A DNA stretch of 64,000 bases from Myxococcota bacterium. Its GTDB lineage: Bacteria > Myxococcota_A > Polyangia > Nannocystales > Nannocystaceae. The notes beneath the pieces are model-generated. The model was given only the letters and a program-made list of their open reading frames with translations, did no database searches and was not told the origin of the DNA. The stretch is from the NCBI GenBank assembly GCA_039028615.1, contig JBCCHT010000013.1, positions 191,273-255,272 on the forward strand, written 5' to 3'. Positions within the stretch are counted from its first letter, which is position 1, and every line of letters begins with the position of its first letter. Shown piece by piece: positions 58,028 through 64,000 of the stretch. Made by a program: the position numbers and the translations under genes.

Positions 58028-59905
58028 TCAGGGCGCGGCCGAGAGGCTCACCTTCACGGTGATGCCCTCTCGGTGGTTGCGTAGCCGTAGGGCGAAGCCC
58101 TCTTCCTCGACGCACTCGAGCAGCGCGGCGGCGCCGGCCTTGGGTAGGCGTCGCTGGTCGGGCAGCTCGCCCGAGCGCAGTCGGCCTTCCTCGAACTGCA
58201 GGCCGATGGTCACCGAGGTGGGCGCACGCTTGGCTTCGAGCTCGGGCAGGCACACCGCCAGGTCGGAGGCGAAGCCCTCCAGGCGCGCCTGGTCGTCGTC
58301 TTTGAGCGGGTAGGGCTGCTCGATCTCGACGTGCGGCGTGGCCCACGAAAGCGCCGTCCGCCGCTGCAGCGCCACCTCGCCCTGGCCCTTGTCTGCGGGG
58401 GGCCGGGTGCCGTCGGCGAACCAGCCCACGGCGGTGAAGGGGCGCTCGGGGCCGCCCTGCAGGGCGGAGAGCAGGCCGATGAGCTGCTGGAGCTGGATGT
58501 CGCCGCCCAGGGAGAGGGTGACCCCGCGCTCGCGCGGATAGGCCGTGGCTAGCGACTCGACGGTGGTGCGGAGCTTGGCTGGATCGGTGGGGCGCTCGTC
58601 CATCCAGCGACCATCGAGCGCGATCCGGGGCCCACGCCCGTCGAGGTGCACATGGACCCGCGACTGCGCCCAGGCCCGGTCGCCCGCGCGGGTGCCCGAG
58701 GCCCGGGTCACGAACATCGGCAGGGCGACGACCACCTCACCCGGAGTCGAGCCGATGCGAGCCTCCCGAACCGCCACTTCGATGCGCTCGGCGTGCGCCC
58801 GGGATGCCGCGCGCAGGGTGGTCTGTAGCTGCGGGGCGGGCAGGTTGGGACTGGCGACCAGGAGCACCGTGCCGCGGCCGTCTTGGGCCAGCGCATTGCC
58901 CAAGGCCTGGCTCAGCTCGACCATCTCGCGATCGAGGGGCACGTGCCGGGAATGCCGACGACCGGCATCGATGGTCATGCGCCCCTCGTGGATCCACACC
59001 ACGGGCGCCAGCGTCTCGGCCTTGGCGGTCCCCGCAGGGACGGTGGTCAGCGGCCAGTCGTCGCGGCGCTCGGCCGGCAGCACGCTCCGCAGCGTGTCGT
59101 ACAGCGCATGGTCGCTGCCCTGGCGGCGCTCGACGACGGGGGCCCATCGCTCCATGGCCGACAGCGGCTCGCGCTGCGACTCGAGCAAGGCCCACAGGGC
59201 ATCGGCGGTGGGCCAGGGCGGGCGAGCGTGGGGAGCGGTGTCGGCCAGCAGTGCCTCGACCGATTCCTCGACGGCGTACAGCGCCTGCACGGCGACCTCG
59301 AGCCGACGCCCGGGGCCGACCTCTACCGCGCCCGCCAGCGTGCCCCGGACGTGGTCGTAGATTCGCCAGTGTGCATTGTCGACCAGCCGGGGGTGTCCCT
59401 GGTCGACCAGCGTGCGGTAGGCCAGCGTGCGAATCGACAGGTCCTCGGCCGAACCAGGCGGCTGGAGGTCGGTCGACAGCAGCATGATGGAGTCGGCGGC
59501 GAACGAGGCCGCCTCTTCGTTGGCCGCGCGGCGCGACAGATCTTCGATGGCCAGTGCTTCTTCGAGCAGGCGTACGGTGGCGTCGCGGCTGGCCTGCTCA
59601 CCGACCCCGGTGGGATGGCCCCCGAGCGCGGCCCAGAAGGTCTCGCGCGCGTCGTCGTCTTGGCCGAAGCGAGCGGCGTCGAACAGGTCGAGCAGGCGAT
59701 CGAGGCGAACCTGCCGGGCCCGAAGATCTCCGGTTTGCAACGAGGCTAAGGTGTCGACCTCGCGAGGCGGCGCGCCCAGCAATGGGGCGTCGATCCAGTC
59801 GATCGCCGGCAACGCCGGCGGAGTGGTCGAGGCGGGATGAGCGCAAGCCCCGAGTACGGGCAGAAGCAGGGCAGCGATACGTCCACGGAGCGCCATCGCG
59901 GACAT
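58028..59905 (-). CDS. Hypothetical lipoprotein with two ExbD/TolR-like segments and a TonB-C/AgmX-like C-terminus
   Basis: Lipobox LGAC after MSAMALRGRIAALLLPV; domain resemblance by eye only (see findings). Confidence 0.55.
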   Translation of the reverse strand: MSAMALRGRIAALLLPVLGACAHPASTTPPALPAIDWIDAPLLGAPPREVDTLASLQTGDLRARQVRLDRLLDLFDAARFGQDDDARETFWAALGGHPTGVGEQASRDATVRLLEEALAIEDLSRRAANEEAASFAADSIMLLSTDLQPPGSAEDLSIRTLAYRTLVDQGHPRLVDNAHWRIYDHVRGTLAGAVEVGPGRRLEVAVQALYAVEESVEALLADTAPHARPPWPTADALWALLESQREPLSAMERWAPVVERRQGSDHALYDTLRSVLPAERRDDWPLTTVPAGTAKAETLAPVVWIHEGRMTIDAGRRHSRHVPLDREMVELSQALGNALAQDGRGTVLLVASPNLPAPQLQTTLRAASRAHAERIEVAVREARIGSTPGEVVVALPMFVTRASGTRAGDRAWAQSRVHVHLDGRGPRIALDGRWMDERPTDPAKLRTTVESLATAYPRERGVTLSLGGDIQLQQLIGLLSALQGGPERPFTAVGWFADGTRPPADKGQGEVALQRRTALSWATPHVEIEQPYPLKDDDQARLEGFASDLAVCLPELEAKRAPTSVTIGLQFEEGRLRSGELPDQRRLPKAGAAALLECVEEEGFALRLRNHREGITVKVSLSAAP

Positions 59906-60044
59906 CGACAGCCCGCGACGGCCCTGGTTCCCCGCGGTGCGGGGCGGCGGGGAAGGGGACCGCCGGCACGTCTCGCCACAATGGTCGCTTCGCGTCATTT
60001 CGCTCGTCCTGCCCGCCCGATCGCATAGCATACCCCTCACCCCC

Positions 60045-61586
60045 GTGATCTCGACGACCTGCAGCTGCGACGCCGGACCCGAGCGGCGACCCGAACCATC
60101 GGGTCCGAGGCGGATCGGCAGCCGAGCCTCGCGCTGGTGCGGATGGTTGGTGGCACTGACGGTCGGCTTGGTTTCGAGTTCGGCCCACGCGGCCGAGATC
60201 CGCACCGTGGCGCGCACGATCGGCGAGGGCTACATGGTGCGTGTCCCCGGGCCTGCGGGGGCGCTCATCAGCCGGCGCCGCGTGGTGCAGTACGTCAACC
60301 TCGGGGTCTACGAGCTGCTGCCGCCCAAGGAGCCGGGGCAGTGGCGGCGCGACCCCGACGACGGCCAGCTGCGGGTGGTCACCTCGATGCGGCTGCGCAA
60401 CGACTTCGGCAGCTACACCACCGGGGCGACGGGCACGGCCGACTCGCTGCTGCAGGCCAACGACGGCCGCCAGATCGACCTGCTCTACGGCTACCTGCAG
60501 GGCGACAACCTCGGCGGGTGGGTCGACCTGCGAGCGGGCCGACAGTTCGAGATGTCCGGCCTCGACTTCTACGCCTTCGACGGCGGATGGGTCCGCGTGC
60601 GTACGCCCGCCCATCTCGCGGTGGAGGCCTTCGGTGGCTTCCAGGTCGATGGCTCCGCGCTGTTCGGCTTCCCCACGTTCGAACTCGATGGCACCGAGGG
60701 CACGGGAGCGGACGCGGTGTCGTCACCCATGGTCGGGGCCGCGCTGGGGCTGAGCGACGTCAAGTTCATGGACGCTCGCATCGCCTATCGACGCACCTGG
60801 ACCCCGGAGTCCTTCGGGCGCGACCTGGTCGACAGCGACGGCACGCTGGGGCTGTCCGCGGGCGTCGACCAAGAGATCTTCAGCGGCACGGTGGCGCTGC
60901 GACTGGCCGACGGCAAGCTCGCTCCGTACGGGGCGGCCCGCTACAACCTGGGCACCAGCCGACTCGACGACGTGTCCGCGGGTCTGCACTGGTCGCTGAC
61001 CGAGCTGCACACCGTGCGGGCCCAGTACCTGCGCACGATTCCCGCCTTCGACCTCGACTCGATCTTCAACGTCTTTTCCCTGACGCCCTTCGAGGACGTG
61101 CGGGCGGTCTACGAGGTACGGCCCGGCCCGCGCTGGCGGCTCAACGCTCGCTTCCAGGGCCGGCTGTTCCGCGACGAGGTGACCGGAGTCCTCGGCACCG
61201 AGCCCGAGCAGGCGCTGCGCTTCGGGGGCGGCGGCGGAGCGGGGGCGACCTACCGACGGCGCCGGGTGGGCATTCGCGCCGACGCCTTCGCCCTGGGCGG
61301 CCAGGGGGGCATGCGCGCGGGCGGGAGCCTCGATACCCGCACCCATGTGCTCTATGACCGGATCGCGATCGATGGCCGAGCCTACGTGCTCTACTATCAG
61401 GACGAGGTCAACACGGCACGCAACGGGTACAGCATGGCGGTGTCGGGCGGAGCCAACTTCCGCCTCGCCCACGGCGTGTACCTCAACGTGGTGGGCGAAG
61501 AGATGTTCACCTCGTTTTATCGCCACGCGTTCCGAGCCTTCGGCATCTTCAGCGTCGACTGGGCGCTCCGAGGGGGCCGCCGATGA
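60045..61586 (+). CDS. Putative outer-membrane beta-barrel (porin-like) protein
   Basis: Signal peptide ending SAHA; many amphipathic beta-strands (DLRAGRQF, DGGWVRVR, ARIAYRRT, FRAFGIFSVDW). Start uncertain (GTG 60045 or 59937). Confidence 0.6.
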   Translation: MISTTCSCDAGPERRPEPSGPRRIGSRASRWCGWLVALTVGLVSSSAHAAEIRTVARTIGEGYMVRVPGPAGALISRRRVVQYVNLGVYELLPPKEPGQWRRDPDDGQLRVVTSMRLRNDFGSYTTGATGTADSLLQANDGRQIDLLYGYLQGDNLGGWVDLRAGRQFEMSGLDFYAFDGGWVRVRTPAHLAVEAFGGFQVDGSALFGFPTFELDGTEGTGADAVSSPMVGAALGLSDVKFMDARIAYRRTWTPESFGRDLVDSDGTLGLSAGVDQEIFSGTVALRLADGKLAPYGAARYNLGTSRLDDVSAGLHWSLTELHTVRAQYLRTIPAFDLDSIFNVFSLTPFEDVRAVYEVRPGPRWRLNARFQGRLFRDEVTGVLGTEPEQALRFGGGGGAGATYRRRRVGIRADAFALGGQGGMRAGGSLDTRTHVLYDRIAIDGRAYVLYYQDEVNTARNGYSMAVSGGANFRLAHGVYLNVVGEEMFTSFYRHAFRAFGIFSVDWALRGGRR

Positions 61587-62878
61587 GCCAGCAAAAACCC
61601 TCGTGGTGGCTGTGGGCCGGCTGGGGCCTGCTCTTCGTCGTGGTCATCGGCTGGGATGCGCTGGCCGCCCCCCGCAAGCTCGAGCCCGCCCGCGGGGCGG
61701 TGGTGGGCGACGGCAACAAGGATCGCGCGCGCGCCGACATCCCGGCCACGGTCGGGACGGTGCACGGCCCGTTGCGTCGTGGCTCGGCCGTCTATCCCGA
61801 GCAAGCGCTGCCCATCCGCTTCAACCACGGCCAGCACCTCGCGCTGGGCGTCAGCTGCCAGCGGTGCCACACCGAAATCGACGACAGCACGCGCGCCCGT
61901 GATCTCAATTTCCCCCGCGGCGTCAGCTGTGACAGCTGCCACGGCCCTCAGCACCCGCGACCGCGCGGCGAGCCAGCCCGCTGCACGACCTGCCACACCG
62001 ACGTCGACGACAAAGGGCGGGTCACCGCCAGCCTCCGGGCGCCTCGGCCCCAGCTGTCGTTCAACCACAAGATGCACGCCAAGGCGGGAGCGGCCTGCGA
62101 GAGCTGCCACGGCGACATGAGCAAGGTGCGGCTGGCCACCACGCTGCAGCTCCCGCGCGAGGCCGACTGCCTGAGCTGCCACGACGGGTTCGCGGTGACC
62201 GACCGCTGCGGCGCGTGTCATCCCACCGACGCCACGGGGCGGCTGGCCACGCGGGCCCAGGACGACCGGGTCATGCCCGCGCTCATCCCCACCGGGACGA
62301 GCGGGTGGGGGGCCAACCACGACCTGGCCTTCGTCGAGGACCACGCGGGCATCTCCAAGGCCAACCCGCGCCTGTGCGACAACTGCCACTCGGAGAGCTT
62401 CTGCACCGACTGCCACACCGGCCCGCTACGGCCGCTGCGGATCCACGCGGGTGACTACCTGACCGCGCACGCCTTGGACGCCCGCGCCAAGACCCAGGAC
62501 TGCCAGGCCTGTCATCGCACGCAGACCTTCTGCCGCGGTTGCCACGAGCGCGTCGGCTTCGGCAACCGCGTCGACGGAGACTTCGCGGTCGGCGGGGGGC
62601 TGACCTTCCACCCGCAGGGCTGGTCGGGGCCGCCCGGCGTGCCTCAAGCCCATGCCCACGCCGCGCAGCGCAACATCGGGGCCTGTGCCAGCTGCCACTC
62701 CGAGGACAGCTGCTTGGCCTGTCACGCGACCACGGGCATCGGGAGCCCGGGCCTGGGCGTCAGCCCGCACGGTCCCGGCTTCGGCCAGTCGGTGCGCTGT
62801 TCGGCCCTGGCCGAGCGCAATCGTCGGGTCTGCCTCAAGTGTCACTCTCCGGTGGACCCCCACCTCGAGTGTCTCTGA
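61583..62878 (+). CDS. Multiheme c-type cytochrome, 13 CxxCH motifs
   Basis: Counted CQRCH, CDSCH, CTTCH, CESCH, CLSCH, CGACH, CDNCH, CTDCH, CQACH, CRGCH, CASCH, CLACH and CLKCH; N-terminal export signal; FNH..H distal ligands. Confidence 0.9.
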   Translation: MSQQKPSWWLWAGWGLLFVVVIGWDALAAPRKLEPARGAVVGDGNKDRARADIPATVGTVHGPLRRGSAVYPEQALPIRFNHGQHLALGVSCQRCHTEIDDSTRARDLNFPRGVSCDSCHGPQHPRPRGEPARCTTCHTDVDDKGRVTASLRAPRPQLSFNHKMHAKAGAACESCHGDMSKVRLATTLQLPREADCLSCHDGFAVTDRCGACHPTDATGRLATRAQDDRVMPALIPTGTSGWGANHDLAFVEDHAGISKANPRLCDNCHSESFCTDCHTGPLRPLRIHAGDYLTAHALDARAKTQDCQACHRTQTFCRGCHERVGFGNRVDGDFAVGGGLTFHPQGWSGPPGVPQAHAHAAQRNIGACASCHSEDSCLACHATTGIGSPGLGVSPHGPGFGQSVRCSALAERNRRVCLKCHSPVDPHLECL

Positions 62879-62888
62879 GGCGCCCGCG

Positions 62889-63245
62889 CTATAGCGGCGC
62901 GTAGACGGTGAACAGCTCGACCTCGGTCACCGCGAGCAGGCGATACGAGCGGTCGGGGCTGATCGAGACCGGGGCGGCCGGCATGAGCTCGACGCGGTCG
63001 ACGTCCTTGCCGTCGTTGACCTCGAGCACGCCGCGCCCTCCGGTGAGCATCACGACCATGTCGCGACGTCCTTGGGTCGAGACGATGACGTTCTCGCCCT
63101 CTTTGACCCGCAAGACGGTGCACGTGTAGCTCTCGCCCCGCGCCCAGACGAACGCGCCGCCAAAGGTCTTGGGCGAAAACGGCGGACCGTAGTCCGAGTC
63201 CGCCGCGGCGTCCTCTGTCTCGCTGGTCTGGGGCGCTTCGGCCAT
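62889..63245 (-). CDS. Small cupin-like hypothetical protein (118 aa)
   Basis: ATG 63245; beta-rich pattern LRVKEGE...MVVMLTGGRGVLEV...ISPDRSYRLLAVTEVELF; no His metal ligands. Confidence 0.5.
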   Translation of the reverse strand: MAEAPQTSETEDAAADSDYGPPFSPKTFGGAFVWARGESYTCTVLRVKEGENVIVSTQGRRDMVVMLTGGRGVLEVNDGKDVDRVELMPAAPVSISPDRSYRLLAVTEVELFTVYAPL

Positions 63246-63400
63246 TGGCGGCAAGCGTACCCGAAGCGGCCGCGGCGCGCGATGGGGGCAGCCTGCCCGC
63301 CGTGGACCCCGTTGCAGCGCACCTGACAGCCACGCCCGGGTGTGGCCATGCCCGAAGGGTTGGGTCGAAATGCCCGCGGGTCGTTCGGACCGCCCGACGC

Positions 63401-64000
63401 TCAGCCGTCGGCTTTTTGTGGCGCGGGCTTTTTCGCGGCGGGCTTGGCCGGCTTTTTGGGCTCGGCTTTGTCGGGCTCCGCCTTCTTGGCCTTGGCGTCG
63501 CCACCCTTGCTCTTGTCCGCCCCCTTGCCCTTGGGCTCGACCTGCTTGGCCTTCTTGCCCTTGCCCTTGCCCTTGCCCTTGCTCTTCTTGCCGTCGTCCT
63601 TGCCGCCCTCGTCCTCGGACTCCTCGGGCTTGCTTTCCTTGCCGCCGACGTCCTCGTCGACGTAGGCCTCTTTGTCCGGCTGGGATTCCTTCTTGTCCTT
63701 GGCGCGCAGCTGCTCGGCCTGGCGAGCACGCCGGGCTGCATCGTGGTCCCACTGATCGACCTTGCCGTCGCCGCTGACGTCGTAGCCGATGCGATCGATG
63801 CGGCCGGCGAGGTAGTACGCGAACAGGTCGGGGCGCCCGTCGTAGTCGCGATCGGTCTCGATCCGCGTCAGCCGGCCCTTGTCGTAGCGGCGCCACGCGT
63901 CGACGAAGCCATCGCGGTTGAGGTCGAGCTCGTCGAGGACCAGCGCGCCGCCCTCGTAGTAGCTGCCCAGATCGATGCGGCCGTCGTAGTCCTGGTCGAA
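63401..64000 (-). CDS. Partial protein with DxDxDG Ca2+-binding-type repeats and Lys-rich tail (5' end outside window)
   Basis: Hand-translated: DQDYDGRID, DLNRDGFVD, DRDYDGRPD and DVSGDGKVD, then KSKGKGKGKGKKAK...PAKPAAKKPAPQKADG*; TGA at 63401-63403. Confidence 0.7.
   Translation of the reverse strand, partial: FDQDYDGRIDLGSYYEGGALVLDELDLNRDGFVDAWRRYDKGRLTRIETDRDYDGRPDLFAYYLAGRIDRIGYDVSGDGKVDQWDHDAARRARQAEQLRAKDKKESQPDKEAYVDEDVGGKESKPEESEDEGGKDDGKKSKGKGKGKGKKAKQVEPKGKGADKSKGGDAKAKKAEPDKAEPKKPAKPAAKKPAPQKADG

Overview
High-GC (about 70% by eye) bacterial DNA, most likely a myxobacterium. This is inferred from the Ser/Thr-kinase-TPR protein, the many lipoproteins with Ser/Thr/acidic linkers, the Cys-rich modules and the mevalonate pathway; it resembles Nannocystaceae. 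About 46 real CDS are present, and most other long ORFs in the track are GC-rich shadow frames. I saw no rRNA, tRNA, CRISPR array or mobile element. Main blocks: (1) 1.8-10.4 kb, a tightly coupled minus-strand operon idi2-mvk-mvaD-[phosphomevalonate kinase::HMG-CoA reductase fusion]-hpnC-hpnD-hpnE, joining mevalonate-route IPP/DMAPP supply to squalene formation. (2) 10.5-30 kb, mixed housekeeping and accessory genes: gluQ, prolyl oligopeptidase, FG-GAP and PI-PLC-like lipoproteins, FMN reductase, KamA-type radical SAM, MscS, a DprE2-like SDR, Ser/Thr kinase, ttcA, dtd, GCS2-CBS and a somatomedin-B-repeat lipoprotein. (3) 30-50 kb, a polyprenyl-phosphate-sugar glycosylation locus: 2 GT2, 3 GT-C-like membrane proteins, a flippase-like protein, 2 methyltransferases, an MBOAT+SGNH pair, a UDP-sugar epimerase, a PA14 protein and a mycobacterial-type decaprenyl-phosphate phosphoribosyltransferase. 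(4) 50-58 kb, a coupled active/inactive pair of TPR-DUF3857-transglutaminase proteins. (5) 58-63 kb, a lipoprotein with ExbD-like and TonB-C-like segments, divergent from a beta-barrel + 13-heme cytochrome pair. All family assignments come from motif recognition by eye, not database searches.
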